A stretch of DNA of 64,000 nucleotides from Candidatus Zixiibacteriota bacterium (lineage in GTDB: Bacteria; Zixibacteria; MSB-5A5; GN15; FEB-12), in the NCBI GenBank assembly GCA_041742355.1, contig JBGSIV010000139.1, forward strand, positions 511 to 64,510. Direction: 5' to 3'. Shown here piece after piece: positions 54,682 through 64,000 of this stretch. The position numbers and the translations under genes were made by a program. A model generated the notes under the pieces. The model saw nothing but the letters and a program-made list of their open reading frames with translations, ran no database searches and was not told the DNA's origin. The stretch's first letter is position 1; each line of letters begins with the position of its first letter.

Positions 54682-54779
54682 GTACTGACGAAAATGTACC
54701 CCGTCTCTCGACAGGGTCCCCCATTAATACCATATCTCGGCTGTTTGTCAACACCTTTTTAGCCCCCAATTCGACCCCC

Positions 54780-54847
54780 ACGCCCCGTATCTCCCCACGC
54801 CCCGTGTCTCCGTACGCCCCGTATCTCCCCACAGCCCCCGTCTCCCC
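54780..54847. repeat. Tandem repeat, 4 x 17 bp (ACGCCCCGTATCTCCCC consensus)
   Basis: Units lie at 54780, 54797, 54814 and 54831. The repeat is non-coding and lies about 100 nt beyond the tRNA 5' end. Confidence 0.8.
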
Positions 54848-54966
54848 GCCGACCTGACCAGACCGCGCCCCCGACCTGTTTCCATCGATTCCCTATTTCC
54901 GGCTTCGCTTGCGCTGCGCCTGCCAATCCCTATCTTTGCAGTGAGGGGTGGAAAGGGAAAGCACGA

Positions 54967-55863
54967 ATGCATATGACCAGTCACACAGACCTTCGTACTC
55001 GCGGACCTCGTCTCGGCTACTGTCGTGACTGCGACGCAGGTACCCGCGGGATCTCATGGACCGGTCGGTTCCCGGCTTCCCTTCTCCTGCTCCTTATAGT
55101 CGCCAGCCTGCTCGTGTCATTTCCCCGTGCCGCCGAACCCCGGACCGGCCTCGTCACCGGACCGCCACGACACCCCGACGGGGCCATCGGGCGCGCCTCC
55201 CTCTCGGTCGCAACGTCGTATGTCTCCGTCTTCAGCGATTCCTGGAGCGGCGGCCGGGACCACCAGAACCTCCACGCGGCACTTTCAGTCGTCGTTCACC
55301 CTCAGGCCTCGCTTCAGGCCGAATACACCCTCTTCGATCCCGGCCTCTCCCACCACCGCTTTCTCGCCGGCCCCACCCTGTACCTCCGCAACCCGCTTGC
55401 AGCCGCCGGCTCGGTCAACCCCGACGGCCCGGTCGGTTCTCCGGTAATCTCTCTTCTGGGCGGCGTCCGTTTCCACACCGACGCCGACTCGGCCGCGATC
55501 GCTCTGGCCGACGTCCGGGTTCTTGTCCCCGTGAGCACCCGGTTGTCTTTCGGCGCCGGCTACCGCTGGCAGGATGAAACGTCCCCCGATCGGGCCGTTG
55601 CCGCTTATGGTCTGCTCGCTATCTACCCGCGCCCGTATCCACCCGACTCCGCCTGGGCCAACCCCGATGGCCCGGTCGGCGTTCCCGTCTTGCGCCTTGA
55701 CGCCGGCGCCGCCGACCGAACCTGGGGCGCTTCAGCGCACGTGCTCCTCCCCATCCAGGCCGATCTCACGCTCGCCGCCTCATTTCAGACCGAACGACTC
55801 GCCTTTCCCGAAAGAACAGCGTACACCGCCCGCCTCGGTTTTACCTGGCACCTCACCCGCTGA
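54967..55863 (+). CDS. Hypothetical exported protein, possibly an outer-membrane beta-barrel
   Basis: 298 aa. The hydrophobic N-terminal segment is FPASLLLLLIVASLLVSFPRAAEP. NPDGPVG(S/V)PV appears twice. The C-terminus has an alternating pattern and ends in an aromatic residue (FTWHLTR). The start is uncertain. Confidence 0.4.
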   Translation: MHMTSHTDLRTRGPRLGYCRDCDAGTRGISWTGRFPASLLLLLIVASLLVSFPRAAEPRTGLVTGPPRHPDGAIGRASLSVATSYVSVFSDSWSGGRDHQNLHAALSVVVHPQASLQAEYTLFDPGLSHHRFLAGPTLYLRNPLAAAGSVNPDGPVGSPVISLLGGVRFHTDADSAAIALADVRVLVPVSTRLSFGAGYRWQDETSPDRAVAAYGLLAIYPRPYPPDSAWANPDGPVGVPVLRLDAGAADRTWGASAHVLLPIQADLTLAASFQTERLAFPERTAYTARLGFTWHLTR

Positions 55864-55964
55864 CGGTCAGGCGATGATTCTTGCGCCGATGAAACCTCGG
55901 CTCCGTCGCCCCGTATATAACCGGTAGCAAGCAAAACGATATGATTCCAACGGAGGATGCGCGC

Positions 55965-57020
55965 ATGAAACGGTATCTCGTGCCGGTCGCCATCGTCGTC
56001 GCGTTGATCGCTTTACTCGTCGCGACCGGTATGGCCCGAAAAGACGCCGACAAACACAGCTGGCTCGGCGTTTACACCCAGTCAGTCGACTACGACATCG
56101 CCGAAGCTTTTGATCTGGATGTCCGGTACGGCGCGGTCGTCAACCTCGTTGTCGACGATTCCCCCGCCGACAAGGCCGGGCTTCGCGAAGACGACGTCAT
56201 CATCGCCTTCAACAACGAAAAGGTCACCGACTCCGACGACCTCGTCGACCTCCTGATCGAGACCAAGCCGGGCGATAACGTCACCCTCACGGTAATTCGC
56301 GATGGCAAGGAACAGAATGTCGCGGTCGAAGTCGGGGAGACCCCCGAGCAGGAGTACGTCGTTCGCGGCCAACGCGGCGTTCCCGATGTTATGTATTTTT
56401 CCGCCGGCCCCCGGGCGTATGTCGGCGTCTACCTTGATGATCTTTCCGAACAGCTCGGCGATTATTTCGGCGTCGCGGACGGCGAAGGCGCCTTGATCAC
56501 CGAGGTCGAGAAGGACTCCCCCGCGCAGAAAGCGGGCTTGAAGGCCGGCGACGTTATTGTCCAGGTCGAAGGGGAGAAGATCCTTGAGGCCGACGATGTC
56601 GGCGAGGTCATCGAAGACTACAAGGAAGGGGATCGAGTCAACTTCACCGTCGTACGCGACCAGCGCCAGAGCCAGATCACGGTCGAGATCACCGAACGCA
56701 AGGGCTCTCCGCTCGGTTATAATTCCTACTTCGGCCCCGACCGCGCCGTTATCAACATCCCCCGCATGCACGGTCTGTTTAACGGCAGTTCCTCCGGCTG
56801 GTTCGATTTCGAAGCCGAGTTCGGCGAGGAATTTGAGGCCGAGATGCGCCAGCTGGCCGAAGAGATGGCCCGCCTGAAGATCGAACTGAAAGATATCGAC
56901 AAGGTCGAAATTGACCGCGACGGGATCCGCCGGGATCTCGAAGAGCTCCGCCGGGAGCTGCGTGAAATGAAACGCGAGATGGAAAGCGAGCTGCGCGAGC
57001 TCAACGAGCGCAAGCAGTAG
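55965..57020 (+). CDS. Membrane-anchored protein with two PDZ domains and a charged coiled-coil tail
   Basis: The start MKRYLVPVAIVVALIALLV has GGAGG 8 nt upstream. SPADKAGLREDDVIIAFNNEKV and SPAQKAGLKAGDVIVQVEGEKI are the PDZ signatures. Confidence 0.75.
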   Translation: MKRYLVPVAIVVALIALLVATGMARKDADKHSWLGVYTQSVDYDIAEAFDLDVRYGAVVNLVVDDSPADKAGLREDDVIIAFNNEKVTDSDDLVDLLIETKPGDNVTLTVIRDGKEQNVAVEVGETPEQEYVVRGQRGVPDVMYFSAGPRAYVGVYLDDLSEQLGDYFGVADGEGALITEVEKDSPAQKAGLKAGDVIVQVEGEKILEADDVGEVIEDYKEGDRVNFTVVRDQRQSQITVEITERKGSPLGYNSYFGPDRAVINIPRMHGLFNGSSSGWFDFEAEFGEEFEAEMRQLAEEMARLKIELKDIDKVEIDRDGIRRDLEELRRELREMKREMESELRELNERKQ

Positions 57021-57158
57021 CGCTCGACCCGGCTCAGGCTGCTGTATTCAGTGCCTTTTTATCCTCCTCGAGAACGCCCCGCCCGCCTGGCGGGGCGTTT
57101 GTTATAGCCCCGTTTTTGCGCTTGTCCTGCACTCCCCAGTGCATATATTGTGGTCGCC

Positions 57159-58130
57159 ATGTCAGGTATCACCGTTGAGAAGCTATTTACGACCCGTACG
57201 CAGGACCTGGAGCTCACCCTCCTGAATTCCAGCGAGGCGGCGCTCCACAAACTCATCCACCACCCCGAACTGCACCGTCCGGGGCTGGCCCTGACCGGCT
57301 TTTTTGAGCGTTTCGCCAACCGCCGTGTCCAGGTCCTCGGCGAAACCGAGATGGCCTACATGAACCGGCTGCCGCTGGAACGACTTTCCGAGATTTCCCA
57401 CGTGCTGTTCGAGAAGGATGTCCCTATGGTGATAATCACCAAGGGGATAACCCCTCCGCCGGAGTTTCTCGACGCCGCCGACCGTTTCCACACCGGCGTC
57501 TTTTCCAGCCGTCTGACCACCGCCGAGCTGACCGCCCGGCTGTCGGCCTACCTCGACCACATCTTCGCCCCGTCAATTACTGTCCACGGCACACTTATGG
57601 ACGTCTACGGCGTCGGCCTCCTGTACACCGGCAAATCCGGCATCGGCAAATCCGAGGTCGCTTTGGACCTGATCGAGCGCGGCCACCGCCTGGTCGCCGA
57701 CGACGTCGTCAAGATCACCCGGGCCGCCCCCGATGTTGTCAAGGGATCAGGTTCCGAACTCCTCGGCCACCACATGGAAATCCGCGGCGTCGGCATTATC
57801 GATATCGAAGAATTGTTCGGCATCCGCGCCATTCGCATGCAGAAACGCATCGAGGTCGAAGTCAACCTTACCCTCTGGTCCGAAACCGACGACTACGAGC
57901 GCCTCGGAATAGAAGAACGGTACACGACGATCCTCGGCGTGCCAATCCCGATCGTTCGCGTCCCCATCTCTCCCGGCAAGAACATCACGGTGATCTCCGA
58001 GGTTATCGCGATGAACCACATGCTCAAGGTGTACGGGGAGAACTCCGCTCTGGAGTTTACGAAGAAGCTTTCGCAGCAGCTGTCCCGACAGTCGCTGACC
58101 AAGGATTATCTCGAGTCCGATTTCGAGTAG
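57159..58130 (+). CDS. hprK: HPr kinase/phosphorylase
   Basis: GVGLLYTGKSGIGKSEVALDLIERGHRLVADDVV carries the Walker A motif, and HHMEIRGVGIIDIEELFG is the HprK signature. Confidence 0.9.
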   Translation: MSGITVEKLFTTRTQDLELTLLNSSEAALHKLIHHPELHRPGLALTGFFERFANRRVQVLGETEMAYMNRLPLERLSEISHVLFEKDVPMVIITKGITPPPEFLDAADRFHTGVFSSRLTTAELTARLSAYLDHIFAPSITVHGTLMDVYGVGLLYTGKSGIGKSEVALDLIERGHRLVADDVVKITRAAPDVVKGSGSELLGHHMEIRGVGIIDIEELFGIRAIRMQKRIEVEVNLTLWSETDDYERLGIEERYTTILGVPIPIVRVPISPGKNITVISEVIAMNHMLKVYGENSALEFTKKLSQQLSRQSLTKDYLESDFE

Positions 58131-58280
58131 CCGGGGCCTCCCGGAGGGGCAATTTCGCGCTTGGCGATAACCGCGTAATTGCCTATAATATACCCCCTTA
58201 TCGCCAATTTGTCAGAAACAAGATCGCGCTGGTGCGGTACAAGGAAAGAAATGCCTGAGGAACTTGGAGGAATACGGTTG

Positions 58281-60014
58281 ATGCGTATACGACACTTTGC
58301 CCTGACTATCTTCTGGGGTCTCGTTCTGACCGGTCTGTTCGTCGGCTGCGGTTCATCGGATAATCCGACCCTCGCCGTTGTCGGTGACTACGAGATCAAA
58401 GCCGAAGAATTTAACGAGTACTTCCGCTCCGTGCGTTATCCCTTCCCGAACGCGCAGGATGAGTTCGCCAAGCGCCGCGAACTGCTCGACTCCGTCATCG
58501 TCAACCGCCTGCTCATCGAAGCCGCGTATGAAAAGGGCATCGACAAGAGCGAGGACCTGACCCGCGCCGTCGTCGCCCAGCAGGACCGCCTCCTCGTCGA
58601 CGTCCTCGGGAAGAGGAAGATCGCCGACCAGGCCGAACCGTCCGATGCCGAACTGCGCGACTACTGGGAGAAGCTCGAGTTCAAAGTCAAAGCCTCCCAT
58701 ATCCTCGTCGATAACCTCGACACGGCCACCGCTCTCGTCTCCCGCATCCAGGCCGGAGAGAGCTTCGAGAAACTGGCTTTCGACTACTCCAAAGATCCCG
58801 CCGCCAAGAAGAACAAAGGCGACCTGGGCTGGTTCACCTGGGGACAGACAGTCGAGGAGTTCGAAATCGCCGCCTGGGCCATGGAGCCCGGCCAGGTCTC
58901 GCCCCCGATTAAGACGCAGTGGGGCTACCACGTCATTAAGCTCGTCGACCGCCTTGCCAACGAGTACCGTCAGGAATTCGACGTCATGAAGCCCGAACTG
59001 CGCCAGCAACTGCGCGGCCGCAAGCAGTCCCGGATCGCCAAGGACTACATCGACCAGCTCAAACTGCGCTACGTCATCACTGTCGATTCCACCACCTGCG
59101 CGTACCTCCTGCACAAACGCGAACTGGTTTACCCCCCGATGCTGCTGGCCACCCTCCCCCGCAACGATTTCGATATCGAACAGCTCGACCGCAATGAACG
59201 CGAACTCGTGATGGCCACCTGGGAGAACGGGCAGATCACGGTCGCCGAGTACCTCGAACTTATCAAGGGCATTTCGCCCACGATCAAGCCGCCGCTCGAC
59301 GACTACGACTCCCTCGCCGCCGTCATATTCCAGCTCAAGCTCCGCGACATTTTCGTCGTCGAAGCGCACAAGGACGGTCTGGACAGCGATCCCGAATACC
59401 AGCGCCTGCTGACCATGTTCCGGGAGCTGGCCATGGCCGACATCATGAAGAACGACTCCCTGCCGAACCCGCCGCCGCCGGACGAAGGCATGGCCCGGCA
59501 GTACTACGACGAACACCTCGACGAGTTCACCAACCCGACCAAGGTCCAGGTTTTCGAGATCCTCCTCTCCGACGAACTGACGGCCAACAAGCTCGCCAAG
59601 GAGATCCGCTCTCTCCAGACATTCAAGGAACGGGCGATGGATCTGACCGAACGGCCGGGCAAGCGCGCCTCTTCGGGCGACCTCGGCTACATCGACCGCA
59701 AGTTCTACCCCGAGATTTACGACGTCGCGGTCAAGACTCCCGTCGGCGCCATCGGCGGCCCGGTCGTCACCATGGGCAAATACTCCATCTTCTACATTGC
59801 CGACAAACTCGATGCCGAGGTGCAGGACTTCCTCAGCGTCAAGCGCCAGATCACGCAGAAACTGGCCGCCGACCTGAAAGCACAGGCGCTCGGCGCCTGG
59901 ATCGCCGAACGCAAAGCGAACACCAGCATCAACGTCAACGAGGACGCGATCTGGAAAACCATCGATCGGGAGAAGTACCCCGAATCGACCGAACAGCCCA
60001 AAGAACAGGGTTAA
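58281..60014 (+). CDS. Parvulin-type peptidyl-prolyl isomerase lipoprotein (PpiC/PrsA-like)
   Basis: The start MRIRHFALTIFWGLVLTGLFVGCGSS (lipobox) has GGAGG upstream. The parvulin core is KASHILV...KGDLGWFTWGQTVEEFE...GYHVIKLVD. Confidence 0.8.
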   Translation: MRIRHFALTIFWGLVLTGLFVGCGSSDNPTLAVVGDYEIKAEEFNEYFRSVRYPFPNAQDEFAKRRELLDSVIVNRLLIEAAYEKGIDKSEDLTRAVVAQQDRLLVDVLGKRKIADQAEPSDAELRDYWEKLEFKVKASHILVDNLDTATALVSRIQAGESFEKLAFDYSKDPAAKKNKGDLGWFTWGQTVEEFEIAAWAMEPGQVSPPIKTQWGYHVIKLVDRLANEYRQEFDVMKPELRQQLRGRKQSRIAKDYIDQLKLRYVITVDSTTCAYLLHKRELVYPPMLLATLPRNDFDIEQLDRNERELVMATWENGQITVAEYLELIKGISPTIKPPLDDYDSLAAVIFQLKLRDIFVVEAHKDGLDSDPEYQRLLTMFRELAMADIMKNDSLPNPPPPDEGMARQYYDEHLDEFTNPTKVQVFEILLSDELTANKLAKEIRSLQTFKERAMDLTERPGKRASSGDLGYIDRKFYPEIYDVAVKTPVGAIGGPVVTMGKYSIFYIADKLDAEVQDFLSVKRQITQKLAADLKAQALGAWIAERKANTSINVNEDAIWKTIDREKYPESTEQPKEQG

Positions 60015-60031
60015 GGGAAGGCTGAAGGAAT

Positions 60032-61381
60032 TTGACGAGATCAGGTTTGCGACATAAATCCCCCGGGTACCCCGCCGCTTGCGGCGGGGTTCTCCTGCTT
60101 GTCCTTGCGGTGATGGCTTTTCTCCCCGCCTCCGCCTCTGCGGCCGAGCGGGAAACGGTCGACCGCATCGTCGCGGTCGTCGGCGACAAGGTCATCCTCG
60201 CCTCCGAGCTGGCCAGCCAGATGCAGCTGACTGTGCTGCAGCGCGGCCGCCAGCCCAAATCCGAGGCCGAGATCGATCAGCTCAAGAAAGACGTGCTCGA
60301 CGAGATGATCTCCGATCAGCTCTTCCTGGTCGCCGCCGAGCAGGACACGAGCGTCAACGTCTCCGATGACGAGGTCAACCAGGCGCTCGACCAGCATGTC
60401 GCCCGCATCTCCGGAAATTTCGCCACCACCGAGGAATTCGAGGCCGCCCTGGCCGCCGAGGGGCTCACCCTCCGCGACCTCAAGAAACGCTACCGCGACG
60501 ACGTCCGCAGCCAGTTGCTCAAGCAGCGGCTCATCGGCCGACGTCTCCAGAGCGTTTCGGTTTCCCGCCACGAAGTCGAGGAGTTCTATAACCAGTTCCG
60601 CGACTCCCTCCCGGCCCAGCCGGAGGCTGTCAAACTGGCACACATTCTCCTGGCTGTCGCGCCGTCCGAAAAGGTCGAGGATTCCGTCCAGGCGGTGGCC
60701 GCCGACCTTCGCCAGCAGGTGCTCGACGGCGCCGATTTCGGCGCCATCTCCACCCGGTACTCCTCCCGGGGCGCCGGTGCCAACGGCGGCGACCTCGGCT
60801 GGATCTCGCGTGACGACGTCGTCGAAGATTTCGCGCGCGCCGCTTTCAGTCTCCAGCCCGGTGATGTCTCCGGCGTCATCCGCACTCAGTTCGGCTACCA
60901 TGTTATCAAGTGCGAAGACCGCCGCGACGAACAGGTTAAGCTCCGCCACATCCTGCTGGCGGTGCCGCCCACCCGTGAAGACACTGTCCGCACCGCCGAG
61001 GTCGCCGATTCGCTCATCGCCGAACTCAGCAGCGGTGCCGACTTCGCCCAGCTCGCCAAAGCCTTCTCCGCCGATGACAACACGCGCGCCAAAGGCGGCG
61101 AACTCGGCTGGTATGCGATCGCCGATCTCCCCAAGGACTTCGCATCCGCCGTGCGCGACTGGCAGACTCCCGGTGAAACCCGCGGCCCGATCCTCTCGGA
61201 GTTCGGCATCCACATCCTCAAACTGCTCGACTACCAGGCCGAACGCACCTTCACGATCGATCAGGACTACGACCGGGTGAAGGACATGGCCCGCCAGGAG
61301 AAGACCGCCCGCCTGATCGAGAAGTGGGTCGACGACATAAAGGCCCGCACGTACATCGACTACCGTCTGGAGACCTCGTGA
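60032..61381 (+). CDS. SurA-like periplasmic chaperone/PPIase with two parvulin domains
   Basis: VDRIVAVVGDKVILASEL looks like the SurA N-terminus. Two parvulin cores are present: LAHILLAV...GGDLGWISRDD...GYHVIKCED and LRHILLAV...GGELGWYAIADL...GIHILKLLD. The exact start is uncertain. Confidence 0.8.
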   Translation: MTRSGLRHKSPGYPAACGGVLLLVLAVMAFLPASASAAERETVDRIVAVVGDKVILASELASQMQLTVLQRGRQPKSEAEIDQLKKDVLDEMISDQLFLVAAEQDTSVNVSDDEVNQALDQHVARISGNFATTEEFEAALAAEGLTLRDLKKRYRDDVRSQLLKQRLIGRRLQSVSVSRHEVEEFYNQFRDSLPAQPEAVKLAHILLAVAPSEKVEDSVQAVAADLRQQVLDGADFGAISTRYSSRGAGANGGDLGWISRDDVVEDFARAAFSLQPGDVSGVIRTQFGYHVIKCEDRRDEQVKLRHILLAVPPTREDTVRTAEVADSLIAELSSGADFAQLAKAFSADDNTRAKGGELGWYAIADLPKDFASAVRDWQTPGETRGPILSEFGIHILKLLDYQAERTFTIDQDYDRVKDMARQEKTARLIEKWVDDIKARTYIDYRLETS

Positions 61382-61629
61382 TGCGGATCGATGACTACCT
61401 GTCGACCGTCGGCGTCATCAAACGCCGCACGGTCGCCAAGGAACTCGGCCAGAACGGCCTGCTCGAAGTCAACGGCCAGAAAGTCAAACCGGCCTACCAG
61501 GTCCACCTCGGTGATATCATACGCATCAAGGGGAACCGCGCCATGACGGTCGAAGTGCTCGAAATTCCGGGCGGATCCATCTCTAAAGACCAGCGCGACC
61601 GCTACTTCAAGACAATTACCTCCGCATAA
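61381..61629 (+). CDS. S4-domain RNA-binding protein
   Basis: 82 aa. It begins MRIDDYLSTVGVIKRRTVAKELGQNGLLEVNGQKVKPAYQVHLGDII. The ATG overlaps the upstream TGA (GTGATG at 61378-61383). Confidence 0.7.
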   Translation: MRIDDYLSTVGVIKRRTVAKELGQNGLLEVNGQKVKPAYQVHLGDIIRIKGNRAMTVEVLEIPGGSISKDQRDRYFKTITSA

Positions 61630-61747
61630 CACCGCGCCCGATTGCACTCGGTTGTTCTTCTCCCCCCTCCGAACTTCTCCGCCTGGATGTTGTTATCCAA
61701 GTGTAGTTGTCAGCCAATAATTACGCCCCTCTGGGCGGAGGAAAGAT

Positions 61748-63226
61748 ATGCGTAAGACGAGACCCGCAACCCTTGGTGAATTGAAGAAATCCGGCTGGAA
61801 GAGTCGGTCGGTGAAGGACGAACTGCGCGACAACCTTCGCGCTCGCATTCAGTCCGGAGAGCCCGTTTTCGACGGCATCATCGGCTACGACAAAACAGTC
61901 GTTCCCAATATCGAAAATGCCATTCTGGCGCGCCACAATTTCATCCTGCTCGGCCTCCGCGGCCTGGCTAAGAGCCGTATCATCCGCCAGAATTTCACGC
62001 TGCTCGACGAATACATCCCCATCATCCCCAGCAGCATGCTCAACGAGGACCCGCTCAACCCGATCTCGCCCAAAGGTCGGGCCATGGTCGAAGAACACGG
62101 CGACAAGATGCCCATCGAGTGGGTCCACCGCAGCGAACGCTACCACGAGAAACTGGCCACGCCCGATGTCTCTATCGCCGATCTCATCGGCGACATCGAC
62201 CCTATCAAGGCCGCGCGCGAAAAACTCGACATCTCCAATGAAGAGGTCATCCACTGGGGGATCATTCCGCGCACCAACCGCGGCATTTTCGCCATTAACG
62301 AACTGCCCGACCTCCAGCCGCGCATCCAGGTCGGCCTCCTGAACATCCTCGAGGAAAAGGACATCCAGGTCCGCGGTTTCCCGCTGCGCGTCCCCCTGGA
62401 CATGCTCCTGGTCTTCACCGCCAACCCCGAGGACTACGCCAACCGCGGCAACATCATCACCCCGCTGAAAGACCGCATCGACTCGCAGATCATTACCCAC
62501 TACCCGCGCACCCTCGAGGATGCCCGCGCGATCACCGCCAACGAAGCCGACATCGCCGCCCGCGACATCCGCGTGCCCGAGATCGTCCGGGACATCATCG
62601 AGGAGGTCTCCTTCCAGGCCCGCGAGAGCGAGTACGTCGACCAGACCTCGGGCGTCTCCGCCCGCGTTTCGATCTCGGCCTATGAGGCCCTGCTGTCCAA
62701 CATCGAACGCCGCGTCCTGCGCAGCAAGGACAACGACTGCTTCCCGCGTATGTCCGATATCTACGCCGTCATCCCCGCCGTCACCGGCAAAATCGAGCTC
62801 GTCTACGAAGGTGAACAGGAGGGGCCGTCGCTGGTGGCCCACAACCTGATCGGCCTTGCGATCAAGGAGGTCTTCTCGCGCTACTTCCCCGAGCCGCGCC
62901 AGGAGAAACGCCACCCCGACCGCGCCGCCCGCGAAAACCAGTACGAGGCCGTCACCGACTTCTTCTCCGCCGGCCGCAAGCTCGAACTCTCCGACGACAT
63001 GGCGTTCGAGCAGTACAAAAAGACTCTGACCTCGATCTCCGGCCTCGACCGGATCGTCAAGTCGCACTTCGACACCAAGGACGACCGGGAATTCCTCCTG
63101 CGCATGGAGTTCGTCCTCGAGGGCCTGCACCAGTACAACGTCATCGCGCGGGAAATCCGCGACTCCGCCGTCAGCTACGGCGACGTCTTCTCCGATATGC
63201 TGCGCAGCATGGGGGATAACCGCTAG
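61748..63226 (+). CDS. AAA+ ATPase of the Mg-chelatase ChlI/BchI-like class (partner of the downstream vWA protein)
   Basis: 492 aa. FILLGLRGLAKSRI looks like Walker A, GIFAINELPDL looks like Walker B, and MLLVFTANPEDY is present. GGAGGA lies upstream. Confidence 0.7.
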   Translation: MRKTRPATLGELKKSGWKSRSVKDELRDNLRARIQSGEPVFDGIIGYDKTVVPNIENAILARHNFILLGLRGLAKSRIIRQNFTLLDEYIPIIPSSMLNEDPLNPISPKGRAMVEEHGDKMPIEWVHRSERYHEKLATPDVSIADLIGDIDPIKAAREKLDISNEEVIHWGIIPRTNRGIFAINELPDLQPRIQVGLLNILEEKDIQVRGFPLRVPLDMLLVFTANPEDYANRGNIITPLKDRIDSQIITHYPRTLEDARAITANEADIAARDIRVPEIVRDIIEEVSFQARESEYVDQTSGVSARVSISAYEALLSNIERRVLRSKDNDCFPRMSDIYAVIPAVTGKIELVYEGEQEGPSLVAHNLIGLAIKEVFSRYFPEPRQEKRHPDRAARENQYEAVTDFFSAGRKLELSDDMAFEQYKKTLTSISGLDRIVKSHFDTKDDREFLLRMEFVLEGLHQYNVIAREIRDSAVSYGDVFSDMLRSMGDNR

Positions 63227-63259
63227 CGCCTCGGCGCCGGCATGATAGGGGGCCAGATT

Positions 63260-64000
63260 ATGAGATTTGTCTATTCCGAGTGGGACGACGAGTTTCTGGA
63301 GAAACTCCAGCAGCTCTCCGACCTCATGGCCATATACAACCACCTGCTCATGCGCCTCGGCGGCGATGTCGAGGAGACGCTCAAGCTCATGCGCCGCCTC
63401 CAGGAGCAGGGAATGCTCGATGAAAAGTTCGATCTCGACGAATTCGAGGAGCAGCTCAAACAGAGCCGCCTCGTCCAGCAGGTCGGCGATAAGCTCGGCC
63501 TGACCGGCAAGGGCGAGCGCAAGCTCCGCCAGGACGCTTTCGAGGCCGTCTTCCAGAAAATGCGCACCCAGGGTACCGGCAATCACCCCCTGCCCTACGA
63601 GGGCGGCTCGTCCGAGGAACTTCTCCCTGAGAAACGCCCCTTCGAGTTCGGTGACAACTTCCGCGCCATCGACTACACCAGCTCGATTTTCAACTCGATC
63701 ACCCGCACCTCCGACCTTAACCTCAACATGGCCGAGGAAGACCTCGAGGTGCACGAGGCCGAGCGCACCACGACCTGCGCCACCGTCCTCATGATCGATA
63801 TTTCCCACTCGATGATCCTCTACGGCGAGGATCGCATCACCCCGGCCAAACAGGTCGCCATGGCTTTCACCGAACTGGTGCTGACCAAGTACCCGAAAGA
63901 CGACCTGACTGTCGTCCTCTTCGGCGACACTGCCAAGCAGGTCCCGATCAAGGAACTGCCTTACATCGCCGTCGGCCCGTACCACACCAACACCCAGGCC
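63260..64000 (+). CDS. vWA-domain protein, 3' end off the right edge
   Basis: Absent from the track because no stop lies in the window. Hand translation from the ATG at 63260 gives MRFVYSEWDDEFLEKLQQL...TCATVLMIDISHSMILYGEDRITPAKQVAMAF, which contains a DxSxS MIDAS motif. Confidence 0.7.
   Translation, partial: MRFVYSEWDDEFLEKLQQLSDLMAIYNHLLMRLGGDVEETLKLMRRLQEQGMLDEKFDLDEFEEQLKQSRLVQQVGDKLGLTGKGERKLRQDAFEAVFQKMRTQGTGNHPLPYEGGSSEELLPEKRPFEFGDNFRAIDYTSSIFNSITRTSDLNLNMAEEDLEVHEAERTTTCATVLMIDISHSMILYGEDRITPAKQVAMAFTELVLTKYPKDDLTVVLFGDTAKQVPIKELPYIAVGPYHTNTQA

Noticed and set aside
58353-61213. Minus-strand ORFs of 387 aa and 390 aa (58353..59516 and 60041..61213)
   Set aside because: They are antisense shadows of the two parvulin PPIase genes, whose plus-strand products carry clear parvulin and SurA motifs.
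61721-63985. 754-aa minus-strand ORF
   Set aside because: It is the shadow of the AAA+ ATPase and vWA genes on the plus strand. Its translation is repetitive (V/G/D/A/E-rich) and has no motifs.

Overview
This is a high-GC bacterial chromosome segment: hand-sampled 60-nt lines give about 60-65% G+C, and I did not compute it over the window. It is interrupted by a roughly 40 kb lower-GC accessory island (sampled lines about 42-57% G+C) from about 14.1 to 54.6 kb. The island ends at the 3' end of a minus-strand tRNA-Asn(GTT). Left core (1-13.6 kb): a secreted HExxH metalloprotease with NHL and thrombospondin-type-3-like repeats (truncated by the window edge), two tandem GNAT acetyltransferases, Bcp peroxiredoxin, a YdeI/DUF1905 protein, glutathione peroxidase, another GNAT-like protein, an SDR, a group II PLP decarboxylase, a PIG-L deacetylase and a 1046-aa LamG/dockerin-like secreted protein. 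Right core (54.9-64 kb): a putative beta-barrel protein, a double-PDZ protein, HPr kinase, two parvulin-type PPIases (one SurA-like), an S4-domain protein and an AAA+ (ChlI-like)/vWA pair that runs off the right edge. The island has four modules. (i) An ECF sigma / zinc anti-sigma pair sits convergent to a 12.9 kb minus-strand operon that encodes a transmembrane CHAT (caspase-like) protein, a membrane protein, an FG-GAP lipoprotein and four tandem mosaic Fn3-BACON-like-propeller lipoprotein paralogs. (ii) Two secreted, very acidic, aromatic-rich proteins, one ending in ([13 protein letters not shown])x4.6 plus ([W/Y]DDGG)x20. (iii) A mobile-element-like block: two HTH proteins, a ParB-DNA methyltransferase fusion, a MerR-like protein and a divergent DUF262-HNH nuclease. 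(iv) A 13.8 kb co-directional cluster that combines an ECF43-like sigma factor, a Ser/Thr kinase, a J-like/zinc-ribbon protein, a zinc-ribbon membrane protein, a GrpE-like protein, an atypical 829-aa Hsp70, TPR proteins and a stand-alone Clp-N domain protein. No integrase, transposase, CRISPR array or rRNA was found. Modules (i) and (iv) are the best candidates for undescribed systems. All functional calls rest on motif recognition by eye, not on database searches.
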